From an uncultured Methanosarcinales archaeon (GTDB lineage Archaea; Nanobdellota; Nanobdellia; Woesearchaeales; ARS49), in contig CAYUPS010000002.1 of the NCBI GenBank assembly GCA_964445485.1, positions 102,055 to 166,054 on the forward strand: a stretch of DNA of 64,000 nucleotides, read 5' to 3'. The notes under the pieces were generated by a model, which was not told the origin of the DNA, made no database searches, and saw nothing but the letters and a program-made list of their open reading frames with translations. A program made the translations under genes and the position numbers. Positions 1 through 9,074 of this stretch are shown here, in pieces (the first letter of the stretch is position 1; the number at the start of each line of letters is the position of its first letter).

Positions 1-1167
1 GCGCTCGACATCAGGGGCATCCTCGAGAGGGACATCGGCGTGCTCTCGGGCGGCGAGCTCCAGCGGGTCGCCATCGCCGCAGCGGCGCTGCGCAAAGCGA
101 ACCTGTACATCTTCGACGAGCCCACCAGCTTCCTCGACATCAAGCAGCGCATCGAGGTCAGCAAATTCATCCAGTCGCTCGCGACACCCGACGTCGCCGT
201 GCTCGTCGTCGACCATGACCTGATCATCCTCGATGCGATGACTGACCTGATCCATATCGTATATGGCCAGGAGCGCGTCTACGGCATCACGTCCCTGCCG
301 AAGGCGACGCGCACAGGCATCAACACGTACCTCTCAGGATTCATACGCGATGAGAACATGCGCTTCCGCGACAGCGCCATCACCTTCACCGGCCGACCGA
401 AGAACGCGGTGTCGAAGAACGCGCCCGACCTCATCGGCTGGAAACCTCTCGCGAAGAAGCAGGGCGGTTTCGGCCTCGCAACAGGCGACGGCAAGCTGCG
501 CAAGGGCGAGAGCCTCGGCATCGTCGGAGAGAACGGCATCGGCAAAACGACCTTCGTGAAAATCCTCGCCGGCGCCCTCAAACCAGATGACGGCAGCATA
601 GCCGGAAGCGCCAAAGTCAGCTACAAACCGCAATACATCGACACCACGAGCGACGAGATCGCTGCGATCGCGCTGCAGAACGCCATCGGACGCTACGAAG
701 CGCAGATCATCCGGCCTCTTGACATCAAACCGCTCCTGCAAAAGCAGCTCAACACCCTCTCGGGCGGCGAGCTCCAGAGGGTATCGATAGCGCACGCGCT
801 CTCCCAGGACGCGGACATCTTCCTCCTCGACGAGCCTTCAGCGTATCTCGACGTCGAGCAGCGCCTGGTCGTCGCCAAAGTCATACGCGATGTCGCCGAG
901 AGCCGCGGCTGCGCAATCCTCGTCGTCGACCACGATCTCATGTTCCTCGAATACCTCTCCGAACGGCTGATGGTCTTCGAAGGTAAGCCGGGGAAGAGCG
1001 GCGCGGCGCTCGGCCCGTTCGAGATGGAAGAAGGCATGAACAGGTTCCTGCGCGCGCTCGAGATCACGCTGCGGCGCGACAAGGAGAGCATGCGGCCGCG
1101 CATCAACAAGCCCGGATCGCGGCTCGATCGCGAGCAGCGCGAGACAGGAAAACTCTATTATTCGTGA
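1..1167 (+). CDS. abcE1: ABCE1 / RNase L inhibitor-type twin ABC ATPase (ribosome recycling factor); 5' end lies outside the window
   Basis: Reading frame is open from nt 1. Translation carries the ABC signature LSGGELQRV twice and a Walker B FDEP/LDEP motif, consistent with the second half of ABCE1. Confidence 0.85.
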   Translation, partial: ALDIRGILERDIGVLSGGELQRVAIAAAALRKANLYIFDEPTSFLDIKQRIEVSKFIQSLATPDVAVLVVDHDLIILDAMTDLIHIVYGQERVYGITSLPKATRTGINTYLSGFIRDENMRFRDSAITFTGRPKNAVSKNAPDLIGWKPLAKKQGGFGLATGDGKLRKGESLGIVGENGIGKTTFVKILAGALKPDDGSIAGSAKVSYKPQYIDTTSDEIAAIALQNAIGRYEAQIIRPLDIKPLLQKQLNTLSGGELQRVSIAHALSQDADIFLLDEPSAYLDVEQRLVVAKVIRDVAESRGCAILVVDHDLMFLEYLSERLMVFEGKPGKSGAALGPFEMEEGMNRFLRALEITLRRDKESMRPRINKPGSRLDREQRETGKLYYS

Positions 1168-1170
1168 ATA

Positions 1171-1950
1171 TCACTTCTGGACGCGGCGGACGAATGTCAG
1201 GAACGCGGTGTGGCCGAGCTCGATGCATTTCGGATGCGTCGCCTTGCCGTTCACGTCCCAGAGCCGCTCGAGTATCTCGACGGTCTTCCTGATCTGCAAT
1301 CGCGCGTCTGCCTTGGCCGTTTCGACGAATTCTATCGCCTGCGTGATGCTCGGGCTGTAGCTGACGATGTAGCCGCCGACTTTGACCGCCGCAGCGGCGT
1401 GCGGCAGCGCTTTCCACGGCTCGGGAACATCGAGCAGGATGAGATCCGCACCCGTCTCCTCAAGAGGTTCGTAGAGGGATGCGCGCTTGAGCGTGATGTT
1501 CGAGAGGCCCAGCGACGCCCAGTTCTCCTGCGAGACTGCGGCGTGATCATCGCGGATCTCATAGCTGATGACGCTCTTGCTGATGCGCGCGAAGAACGCG
1601 CCCGAGTGGCCTGATCCAGAGCCTCCTTCGATGACGACGCTGTCCTTGCCGATGCCGGTCTCGGCGGCGATGATGCCGAGGTCCTTGAGCGTCATTGATT
1701 GCGGGAGCTTTGGCAGGCGGCGGTAGAGATCGATAGGCTGCGCGGAGTAGACGATGAACTCCTTGTCGGTCTTGCTCTTGATGACGCTGCCGTCGGGTGA
1801 GGCGAGCGCGTCCTTGGGGATGACGCCGTCAGATGTGCCGAAGTCTTTCGAGGAGTCTGTCACGAAGTATTCATGCTGTTTGACGACTTGGCGCATGCGG
1901 CCGTCGACCTCTTCCTTGCGGCCGCGGCGCAGCAGTATCTTGGGATTCAT
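1171..1950 (-). CDS. trmI: tRNA (adenine-N1)-methyltransferase TrmI/Gcd14-like
   Basis: Start is trimmed to MNPKILLRRG at 1950, because the N-terminal 186 aa of the listed ORF is low-complexity R/S-rich junk. A SAM-binding motif VIEGGSGSGHSG is present. A TATA-like TTTTTAAA lies about 25 nt upstream on the minus strand. Confidence 0.7.
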   Translation of the reverse strand: MNPKILLRRGRKEEVDGRMRQVVKQHEYFVTDSSKDFGTSDGVIPKDALASPDGSVIKSKTDKEFIVYSAQPIDLYRRLPKLPQSMTLKDLGIIAAETGIGKDSVVIEGGSGSGHSGAFFARISKSVISYEIRDDHAAVSQENWASLGLSNITLKRASLYEPLEETGADLILLDVPEPWKALPHAAAAVKVGGYIVSYSPSITQAIEFVETAKADARLQIRKTVEILERLWDVNGKATHPKCIELGHTAFLTFVRRVQK

Positions 1951-1972
1951 AAACGGCCTAGCCGAGGGCGCT

Positions 1973-2584
1973 TTAAAAAGGTTGACGCACGGCCCCGATA
2001 TCGGAGAGCACTGCGGCGACAGCCGCATCCAGGCACTGCGGCGTGCCTGCATTGAGGAGGACGTACTGCGCGTATTTCGTTTTCTCTTCCTGCGGCAGCT
2101 GCGCAGCAATCCGCAGGTCGATCTCTGCGTCGGAGAGCCCCCTGCCGCGCAACCGTGTCCGCTGCGTCGGCGGCGGCGCGGTGACGACAGCGAGCGCGTC
2201 GTAGAACCGCCTGACAGGATATCCCTGGCGCATCGCCTCGACGATCTGCGCGGCCTCCCAGACGAAGACTCCCCTGCAGGCGTCCGCTCGCAGGCGCACC
2301 TCGTCGAAGACGAACGGCCACACGATCGCCTCGAGCGCGCGCTTCGATTCGGCATCCGCGAAGACTGCCGCGGCGAGCCTCTTGCGGTCGAAGGATCCGT
2401 CATCGAGAACCGCGTCGGGAAAGCGTCCTGAGAGCAGTGAGTATGCGGGATGGGCGGGATCGAAACAGCGATGCCCGAGCCTGTCCGCGTCGACCGCGAC
2501 AGCCCCATGGCGGGCGAAGCATGCGGCAGCGGCGCTCTTGCCGCACCCGATGTTGCCGGTGAGCGCGAGGGTGTATGAGGCCAT
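1973..2584 (-). CDS. coaE: dephospho-CoA kinase (CoaE-type P-loop kinase)
   Basis: N-terminal P-loop LTGNIGCGKS. Length and overall pattern fit the CoaE family. Confidence 0.65.
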   Translation of the reverse strand: MASYTLALTGNIGCGKSAAAACFARHGAVAVDADRLGHRCFDPAHPAYSLLSGRFPDAVLDDGSFDRKRLAAAVFADAESKRALEAIVWPFVFDEVRLRADACRGVFVWEAAQIVEAMRQGYPVRRFYDALAVVTAPPPTQRTRLRGRGLSDAEIDLRIAAQLPQEEKTKYAQYVLLNAGTPQCLDAAVAAVLSDIGAVRQPF

Positions 2585-2595
2585 GAAGGAAAAAA

Positions 2596-2669
2596 GAGCG
2601 GAGGGAGGGACTCGAACCCTCGATTAATCGGGTTGCAGCCGATCGCCTTTGCCGCTTGGCCACCTCCGC
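2596..2669 (-). tRNA. tRNA-Cys (anticodon GCA), no intron
   Basis: Cloverleaf folded by hand: acceptor GCGGAGG/CCTCCGC, anticodon loop CTGCAAC, T-arm GAGGG-TTCGAGT-CCCTC. A T-rich tract follows the 3' end. It lies 12 nt upstream of the coaE start. Confidence 0.8.
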
Positions 2670-2771
2670 AGTGTTACGGCATCGACGGAAGAGAACCCGT
2701 GCAGGCACGGGGGCTGCACCCTCCCGATTGACCGGCATCCGCAGATGGCGCGCGTGTTATAAGGCTTTCGG

Positions 2772-3155
2772 TCATGCGGCATCGTCGGGCCAGCGCTCAT
2801 GACTGCGCAGGAACGACGCGAGACCCTCGATCTCGCGGACTGCCGTGAGCCGAAAGAGCGTCTCGCGCAGACGGACATCGATGCGGACGCCCATCTGCGA
2901 CAATTGCCCCTTGAGCTTCGAGAATAGCATCCTGCCCTCGCGGTCGAGGTCGGTGAGGAGCGCCACATCCTTTGCTTTCGCGGCTATCCGCTCCGCGACT
3001 TTGTAGAGCGGCGCCTTGCCAAGCGACATGACATGCGTGATGCCGAGGGACTTGAGCGACGCCGCGTCTTTCCGCCCCTCGACAACGACAAGAGTGTCAC
3101 GCTCGCGCAGGCGATCGATCTCCTTCCGGATCGCCTCGATGTCCTCCCGCCTCAT
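2772..3155 (-). CDS. small Toprim-domain protein (COG1658-like primase-related protein)
   Basis: Start trimmed to MRREDIEAIRK at 3155. Contains EGRKD and DLDREG Toprim acidic motifs. Transcribed divergently from the primase gene. Confidence 0.6.
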   Translation of the reverse strand: MRREDIEAIRKEIDRLRERDTLVVVEGRKDAASLKSLGITHVMSLGKAPLYKVAERIAAKAKDVALLTDLDREGRMLFSKLKGQLSQMGVRIDVRLRETLFRLTAVREIEGLASFLRSHERWPDDAA

Positions 3156-3160
3156 GCAAC

Positions 3161-3174
3161 AATTATATATACTG
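3161..3174. promoter_or_regulatory. AT-rich TATA element (AATTATATATACT) in the divergent promoter region between the Toprim and primase genes
   Basis: Only AT-rich block in the 47-bp intergenic region. About 30 nt upstream of the primase ATG at 3202, which suggests a leaderless mRNA. Confidence 0.5.
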
Positions 3175-3201
3175 AGCGCCGTAATAAAGATGTGGGGGAC
3201 A

Positions 3202-4605
3202 ATGGCCATCTCTATCAGTGATAGGCTTCGCTGGTACAAGCGAGACGACGTGCAGGACGCGCTCGTTGGCTTCGCCGAAGACGCCGAGATCGCGGTCAAG
3301 TACGGCGACAAGGGGTTCGGCAAGCGGCCCGACGTGCTGCTGCGGCCGGCGGACGTCCTCGCGTTCGCCCAGCAGGGAGCGACCAGCTTCCACTGCTCAG
3401 AGGAGCGGTGGGTCGACCCGCAGCGCATCGTGACGGGCATGGCGCGGCGCGAGCTCGATGATCTGCGCAAGTCATGGGATCTCATCCTCGATATCGACTG
3501 CCCGCTCCTCGAGTACTCCGCGATCGCCGCGGATGTCCTCGTTCACGCGCTGCGCCACATGGGCATCCAGAGCCTCACTGCGAAATTCTCAGGCAATCAC
3601 GGCTTCCACATCGCCGTGCCGTTCGAGGCGTTCCCAGACACCGTGCAGGGCGTGCCGACGCAGCAGCTCTTCCCTGAAGGGCCGCGGAAGATCGCCGCAT
3701 ACCTCAAATCGATGATGCGCCCCGTCCTCGCGCGGGAGATGCTCGCCTACCAGCCGGTGACGGCGATAGCGGGCGCGCTCAAGATGCCGCTGCAGGAAGT
3801 CGCGCCCGGCGGCGCATTCGACCCGTTCAAGGTGCTCGAGATCGATACCGTCCTCATCGCGAGCAGGCATCTGTACCGAATGTGCTACAGCTTCAACGAG
3901 AAGAGCGGCCTGCTCTCGCTCCCCGTCGACACACGCAGGATGCGCGAGTTCGATAAGGGGAGCGCGACGCCTGATCGCGCGGCGGTCGGCGAGCAGGTGT
4001 TCCTCGTCAGGAAAGGGGCGGACAGGGGCGAGGCCAAGAAGCTCATCCTCCAGGCATTCGACACGGACGCCGAACATGTCGAGCGCAAGCGCATCGTCGA
4101 GGACCAGCGCGCGACAGCCGTCAGGCAGGACAGGACGTTCGACGAGGTCATCACCAAGATCCCGGAGCACTGCTTCCCGCCCTGCATCAAGCAGCACATC
4201 TCGGCAGGGCTCAAGGACGGCAAGAAACGGGCTGTCTTCATCCTCATCAACTTCCTCCAATCCGCCGGGTGGGACGCTCCCGACATCGAGGCCTGGCTGC
4301 GCGAGTGGAACAAGCGCAATCCCGAGCCGCTGCGCGAGCAGGATCTCGTCGGGCCGCTGCGCTACCACAAAGGCCAGAAGAAGACGCTGCCGCCCAACTG
4401 CGCCAACGAGGCGTACTACAAATCGCTCGGCGTGTGCCACCCCGACGGGCTGTGCGCCAAGATCAAGAACCCCGTCAATTACGCCATCGTCAAGCAGCGC
4501 ATGCTCGCGAACGAGCAGCCCGCCCGGAAGAAGAAGGATTCTCGGGCAGAAACGCCGAAACAGCTGCCGCAGGCGACCCAATCCTCCGACGAGAGCAAAG
4601 AATAG
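3202..4605 (+). CDS. priSL: DNA primase, fused PriS (AEP catalytic) plus PriL C-terminal Fe-S domain
   Basis: N-terminal half has AEP motifs LILDIDC and SGNHGFHIAVPF. C-terminal half has the PriL CTD signature CFPPCIKQHISAGLKDGKKRAVFILINFL plus further conserved Cys. Start chosen at the second ATG (3202) because of its spacing from the TATA. Confidence 0.7.
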   Translation: MAISISDRLRWYKRDDVQDALVGFAEDAEIAVKYGDKGFGKRPDVLLRPADVLAFAQQGATSFHCSEERWVDPQRIVTGMARRELDDLRKSWDLILDIDCPLLEYSAIAADVLVHALRHMGIQSLTAKFSGNHGFHIAVPFEAFPDTVQGVPTQQLFPEGPRKIAAYLKSMMRPVLAREMLAYQPVTAIAGALKMPLQEVAPGGAFDPFKVLEIDTVLIASRHLYRMCYSFNEKSGLLSLPVDTRRMREFDKGSATPDRAAVGEQVFLVRKGADRGEAKKLILQAFDTDAEHVERKRIVEDQRATAVRQDRTFDEVITKIPEHCFPPCIKQHISAGLKDGKKRAVFILINFLQSAGWDAPDIEAWLREWNKRNPEPLREQDLVGPLRYHKGQKKTLPPNCANEAYYKSLGVCHPDGLCAKIKNPVNYAIVKQRMLANEQPARKKKDSRAETPKQLPQATQSSDESKE

Positions 4606-4637
4606 CTCCCTCGGGCGTTTTCGTCACCACTAGGTAA

Positions 4638-4649
4638 CCTTTATAAACA
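4638..4649 (+). promoter_or_regulatory. TATA box (CCTTTATAAACA) of the L3 ribosomal protein operon, followed by a leader of about 110 nt
   Basis: Canonical archaeal TATA upstream of rpl3. The long leader contains an ORB-like GTGGAAGCGGC at 4712-4722. Confidence 0.55.
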
Positions 4650-4786
4650 GCGTGAAACTCCCGCCCCCATTCGGGTCAGCTAGCCTGAGAAGAAGCTTTT
4701 CAGTACACGCTGTGGAAGCGGCTTTTTGGAAGCTTCGCAAGAGGCTCTGATCCTTACCAAGAAGATAGGAACAAGGACAGGAAACT

Positions 4787-5764
4787 ATGCCACGCACGAG
4801 ATCGCCCCGTCGGGGTTCGATGCAGTATTGGCCACGCGTCCGCGCAGCCCGCGAGCACGCGCGCGTCCGCGCCTTCGCGCCTCTCAAGGAAGCGAAGCCT
4901 CTCCTCTTCGCCGGCTACAAAGCAGGCATGACCCACGTCATTCTCACCGAGAACCGCGCCAATTCCCCGAGCAAGGGAGCGCAAGTCGCGATGCCGGTCA
5001 CCGTCATCGAGTGCCCGCCCATCCGAGTCTTCGGCGCCGTCGCGTACACCAAGGACGCCTACGGCAAGAAGATCAGCATGACCGTCCTCGACGCCAAGCA
5101 TGACAAGGATCTCGCCCGCGTCATGCCTCTCCCGAAGAAGCACAAGCACACCCTCGATTCCATCAAGCCGGATTCCATCTCCGAACTCCATCTCCTCGTC
5201 CACACCCAGCCGCGCCTGACCGGCATCGGCAAGAAGGCCCCCGAGGTCTTCGAGGTGCCTATCGGCGGCGCGACCGCCGACCAGATCGCCTACGCCAAGA
5301 CCGCGCTCGGCAAGGACCTCACCGTCAAAGACTTCTTCACCGTCGGCATGCAAGTCGACACGCACGCGATCACGACAGGCAAAGGAACGCAGGGTCCCGT
5401 CAAGAGATTCGGCGTCGCGCTCCGCTCCCACAAGGCGGAGAAGACCAAGAGAGGCCCGGGTTCCCTCGGTCCCTGGCCCAACGCCCGCACGATGCGCGTC
5501 GCCCACCTCGGCCAGATGGGCTACCACACACGCACCGAGCGCAACAAAGTCGTGCTGCAGATCGGCGACGACCCCAAGCAGGTCACGCCCGCCGGCGGCT
5601 TCATCGGTTTCGGCGCCGTCCGCAACGGCTACATCCTTCTCCACGGCAGCATCAGCGGTCCGAAGAAACGCCTGATCAAGTTCACGCGCGCCGCCCTGCC
5701 CAACAAGCATTTCATCACGCAAGCTCCCACGATCAGCACCATCAGCAAGATCTCGCAGCAGTGA
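4787..5764 (+). CDS. rpl3: 50S ribosomal protein L3 (uL3)
   Basis: Conserved uL3 sequence and first position in the archaeal L3 operon. Confidence 0.92.
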   Translation: MPRTRSPRRGSMQYWPRVRAAREHARVRAFAPLKEAKPLLFAGYKAGMTHVILTENRANSPSKGAQVAMPVTVIECPPIRVFGAVAYTKDAYGKKISMTVLDAKHDKDLARVMPLPKKHKHTLDSIKPDSISELHLLVHTQPRLTGIGKKAPEVFEVPIGGATADQIAYAKTALGKDLTVKDFFTVGMQVDTHAITTGKGTQGPVKRFGVALRSHKAEKTKRGPGSLGPWPNARTMRVAHLGQMGYHTRTERNKVVLQIGDDPKQVTPAGGFIGFGAVRNGYILLHGSISGPKKRLIKFTRAALPNKHFITQAPTISTISKISQQ

Positions 5765-5768
5765 CACT

Positions 5769-6581
5769 ATGAGCAACCTCACCGTACTGGACAGCAAGGG
5801 AAGCGCGGCCGGAACAGTCAAGCTCCCGCAGCAGTTCACCGAGCCCGTGCGCGCCGACCTCATCAAGCGCGCCGTCCACGCAGTGTGGAGCCATGACCGC
5901 CAGCCCTACGGCGCAGACCCCCGCGCCGGCAAGAAGGCCGCGCAGAAGCTCAGCAAGCGCCGCCGTGACTACAAAGGAATGTACGGCCAAGGCATCTCAC
6001 GCACACCCCGCAAAATCATGTCGCGCAACGGCACCAACATGAACTGGGTCGGCGCGTTCGCGCCCAACACCGTCGGAGGCCGCAAGGCGCACCCGCCAAA
6101 AGCGAGCAAGATCTGGGCGCAGAAGATCAATGTCAAGGAGCGCCGCAAGGCGATCCGTTCCGCTCTGGCCGCGACCCTCGTCGCGGACCTCGTCAAAGAC
6201 AGGGGCCACCGCGTCCCCGCCAAGTACCCCTTCGCCCTCGCCGCAGACACAGAGAAGCTCCAGCACACCGCCGACGTGGCCAAGCTGTTCGCTCTCCTCG
6301 GCCTCGACGCAGAGCTCGCGCGCACCGCCAATGAAGGCGTCCGCGCAGGCCGCGGCAAGATGCGCGGCCGCCGCGCAAAGAAACGCGCAGGCCCGCTCCT
6401 GGTCGTCTCGGGAAAATGCCCGCTCGCCCACGCCGCCCGCAACATCCCCGGCGTCGACGTCGCTGACGTTCGCCGCCTCAACGCAGCGATGCTCGCCCCC
6501 GGCGCGCACCCCGCACGCCTGACTATCTTCACCGACAAGGCCATCGAAGTGCTGGCCAAAGAGCACCTCTACGGCGCATGA
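5769..6581 (+). CDS. rpl4: 50S ribosomal protein L4 (uL4)
   Basis: Sequence similarity and operon position. Confidence 0.9.
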   Translation: MSNLTVLDSKGSAAGTVKLPQQFTEPVRADLIKRAVHAVWSHDRQPYGADPRAGKKAAQKLSKRRRDYKGMYGQGISRTPRKIMSRNGTNMNWVGAFAPNTVGGRKAHPPKASKIWAQKINVKERRKAIRSALAATLVADLVKDRGHRVPAKYPFALAADTEKLQHTADVAKLFALLGLDAELARTANEGVRAGRGKMRGRRAKKRAGPLLVVSGKCPLAHAARNIPGVDVADVRRLNAAMLAPGAHPARLTIFTDKAIEVLAKEHLYGA

Positions 6582-6856
6582 AGAAACACGACATCATCAA
6601 CGACCCGTACCTGGTCATCAAACACCCGCTCGCGACAGAGAAATCCATCCGCCAGATGGAAGCGAACAACACGCTCGGCTTCGCCGTCGACCCCCGCGCG
6701 AACAAGGTCCAGATCAAGAGCGCGGTCGAACAGGCGTTCAAGGTCAAGGTCGTCAAGGTCAACACGCTCGTTGTCGGCGGCGACAAGCATGCATACGTCA
6801 AATTCCACAAGGACTCGCCCGCAATCGATGTGGCGACAGCATTGGGGCTGATGTGA
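6578..6856 (+). CDS. rpl23: 50S ribosomal protein L23 (uL23)
   Basis: Sequence and operon order. Start overlaps the L4 stop (ATGA). Confidence 0.9.
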   Translation: MKKHDIINDPYLVIKHPLATEKSIRQMEANNTLGFAVDPRANKVQIKSAVEQAFKVKVVKVNTLVVGGDKHAYVKFHKDSPAIDVATALGLM

Positions 6857-6857
6857 T

Positions 6858-7571
6858 ATGGGTAAGAACCTCATCCAGCAAGCACGCGGCAGAGGCGGAC
6901 CGAGATACCTCGCGCCCAGCTTCCGCTACCTGGGCGAGGCCAAGCTGCCCGAGAGGAAGGCGACGCTGCAGAACGGCCGCATCCTCGACATCCTCAACTG
7001 CCCCGGCCACTTCGCGCCGCTCCTGCAGGTCAAATTCGACGACGGCTCGACCGTCCTCCACATCGCCCCGGACGGCGTCCGCGTCGGCGACAGGATCAGC
7101 GCAGGCCCGGGCGCCGCGGTCAAGCCAGGCAACGTCCTTACGCTGCGCGAGATCCCCGAAGGCCAGCCTATATACAATCTGGAGATGCGGCCAGGCGACT
7201 GCGGCAAGATCTGCCGCGTGCCCGGCATGGCGACATACATCGTGGCCAAGACCGCCGATGCCGCCATCGTCATGATGCCCTCCAAGAAGGAGCGCGAATT
7301 CAGCCTCGACTGCAGGGCCGCCATCGGCCTCATCGCGGGCGCTGGCCGTCTCGACAAACCGTTCCTCAAGGCAGGCATGAGGCACTTCGCCAAGAAGGCC
7401 CGCAACAAGAGATACCCCATGATCACCGGCGCGGCGCAGAACGCCGTCGACCATCCGTTCGGCAACAAGCGCACGTCCCGCAAGGCCAAGCAGAAGGCCG
7501 CATCGCGCTTCGCGCCGCCTGGACGCAAGGTCGGCAAGATCGCGCCCCGCAGAACAGGAAGGAAGAAGTGA
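6858..7571 (+). CDS. rpl2: 50S ribosomal protein L2 (uL2)
   Basis: Conserved uL2 motifs such as GRNxxGxITxRHxGGGHK-like regions. Confidence 0.92.
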   Translation: MGKNLIQQARGRGGPRYLAPSFRYLGEAKLPERKATLQNGRILDILNCPGHFAPLLQVKFDDGSTVLHIAPDGVRVGDRISAGPGAAVKPGNVLTLREIPEGQPIYNLEMRPGDCGKICRVPGMATYIVAKTADAAIVMMPSKKEREFSLDCRAAIGLIAGAGRLDKPFLKAGMRHFAKKARNKRYPMITGAAQNAVDHPFGNKRTSRKAKQKAASRFAPPGRKVGKIAPRRTGRKK

Positions 7572-7577
7572 GGACAC

Positions 7578-7961
7578 ATGGTACAAAAAGAATTCCGCTT
7601 CAGGGGAAAGACGTTCGAGGACATCGCCAAGCTCGATGTCCGCGAATTCGCCCTGCTCCTGCCAGCGCGCGAGAGGCGCAGCCTCATGCACGGCATGAGC
7701 CACCCCGCCCAGAAACTCCTCAAGCACATCAAGGACGGCAAGAAGAAACTGCGCACCCACGCCCGAGACATGGTCATCCTGCCCTCCATGGTCGGCTGCC
7801 TCATCCATATCCACTCCGGCAAGGACTGGGTGCCCATCACTGTCGACAAGGACATGATCGGCCACCGCCTCGGAGAATTCGCAATCACGACCAAGAGAGT
7901 CGAGCACAGCGCACCAGGTATCGGCGCGACGCGGTCATCCGCTGCGCTGTCGGTGAGGTAA
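7578..7961 (+). CDS. rps19: 30S ribosomal protein S19 (uS19)
   Basis: Sequence and operon order. Confidence 0.9.
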   Translation: MVQKEFRFRGKTFEDIAKLDVREFALLLPARERRSLMHGMSHPAQKLLKHIKDGKKKLRTHARDMVILPSMVGCLIHIHSGKDWVPITVDKDMIGHRLGEFAITTKRVEHSAPGIGATRSSAALSVR

Positions 7962-7965
7962 ACTC

Positions 7966-8451
7966 ATGAGCTCCCACGGATACGCCACTGTCATCGGCGA
8001 GAAGGAAGCGTGCGCGGTCGGCCGCCACCTGCCCATCTCCCGCAAGCAGAGCATCGAGGTCGCTGCATACATCCGCGGCAGGCCTCTCGCGTGGGCAAAG
8101 AAACACCTCGAAGAGGTCACCGAGGGCGAACGCGCCATCCCGTTCCGCAGGTACACCAACGGCCTCGGCCACAAACCAGGCATGGCCGCGGGCAGGTTCC
8201 CGCAGAAGACCGCAGCGGCCATCCTGACCGTCCTCGAGAGCGCCGAAGCCAATGCGCGCCACAAGGGCCTGAATACGACATCGATGAGCGTGCGCCACAT
8301 CGTCGTCCACACCGCGCAGAAAGTGATGCGCTACGGCCGCCAAGGCAAGCATCGCGCCAAGAGGTCTCACGTTGAAGTCGTCCTGAGCGAGGGCCAGCCC
8401 GCCCCCGCAAAGAAGCAGAAGGCCGCCAAGCCGGCAGAGGAGAAGAAATGA
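7966..8451 (+). CDS. rpl22: 50S ribosomal protein L22 (uL22)
   Basis: Sequence and operon order. Confidence 0.9.
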   Translation: MSSHGYATVIGEKEACAVGRHLPISRKQSIEVAAYIRGRPLAWAKKHLEEVTEGERAIPFRRYTNGLGHKPGMAAGRFPQKTAAAILTVLESAEANARHKGLNTTSMSVRHIVVHTAQKVMRYGRQGKHRAKRSHVEVVLSEGQPAPAKKQKAAKPAEEKK

Positions 8452-9074
8452 TCGAGCGCAAGTTCGTCGCGGAGCAGGTCAAGGAATTCCAGATCGAGGA
8501 ATTCATCTCTGAATCGCTCAAGAACGTCGGCCACTCCCACACCAAGCTGCAGCGCACGCCGCTCGGCGAGAAGATCGTCATCTTCACCTCGCGCCCCGGC
8601 CTCGTCGTCGGCCGCAAGGGAGAGAACATCAAGAAGCTCACCAACACGCTCAAGAAGAAATTCGGCCTGGAGAACCCGCAGATAGAGATCTCCGAGGTCG
8701 AGAACCCCATGCTCGACGCGAACATTGTTGCGGAGAAGATCGCCTCCACGCTCGAGCGCTTCGGCATCCAGAAATTCAAGGCGGTCGGCCACAAGACGAT
8801 GACCGACGTCATGCGCTCAGGCGCACGCGGCGTCGAGATCCACGTCTCAGGCAAGGTCCCGAGCGCGCGGGCGAAGACCTGGCGCTTCTACGACGGCTAC
8901 CTCAAGAAGGCAGGCGACCTCGCAGTCAGCGTCGTGCGCCACGCCTACGCCACCGCCAAGCTCAAGTCAGGCATCATCGGCATCAGGGTCAGCATCGTCC
9001 CGCCGGACATGAAGCTCCCCGACGACATCGAACTGCGCAAGGCAGACACGCCCGCAGAGGTCAAACAGCCATGA
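8448..9074 (+). CDS. rps3: 30S ribosomal protein S3 (uS3)
   Basis: KH domain and conserved uS3 sequence. Confidence 0.92.
   Translation: MIERKFVAEQVKEFQIEEFISESLKNVGHSHTKLQRTPLGEKIVIFTSRPGLVVGRKGENIKKLTNTLKKKFGLENPQIEISEVENPMLDANIVAEKIASTLERFGIQKFKAVGHKTMTDVMRSGARGVEIHVSGKVPSARAKTWRFYDGYLKKAGDLAVSVVRHAYATAKLKSGIIGIRVSIVPPDMKLPDDIELRKADTPAEVKQP

Noticed and set aside
1951-2508. N-terminal 186 aa of the 445-aa ORF 1171..2508
   Set aside because: R/S/C-rich junk that overlaps coaE on the same strand in another frame. A conserved TrmI start MNPKILL exists at 1950 with its own TATA.
3016-3201. Upstream extension of the primase ORF
   Set aside because: Would overlap the divergent Toprim gene and the TATA box. 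ATG at 3202 fits leaderless initiation.
6798-7907. 369-aa and 322-aa minus-strand ORFs across rpl2 and rps19
   Set aside because: Antisense to ribosomal protein genes. Artefacts of high GC.
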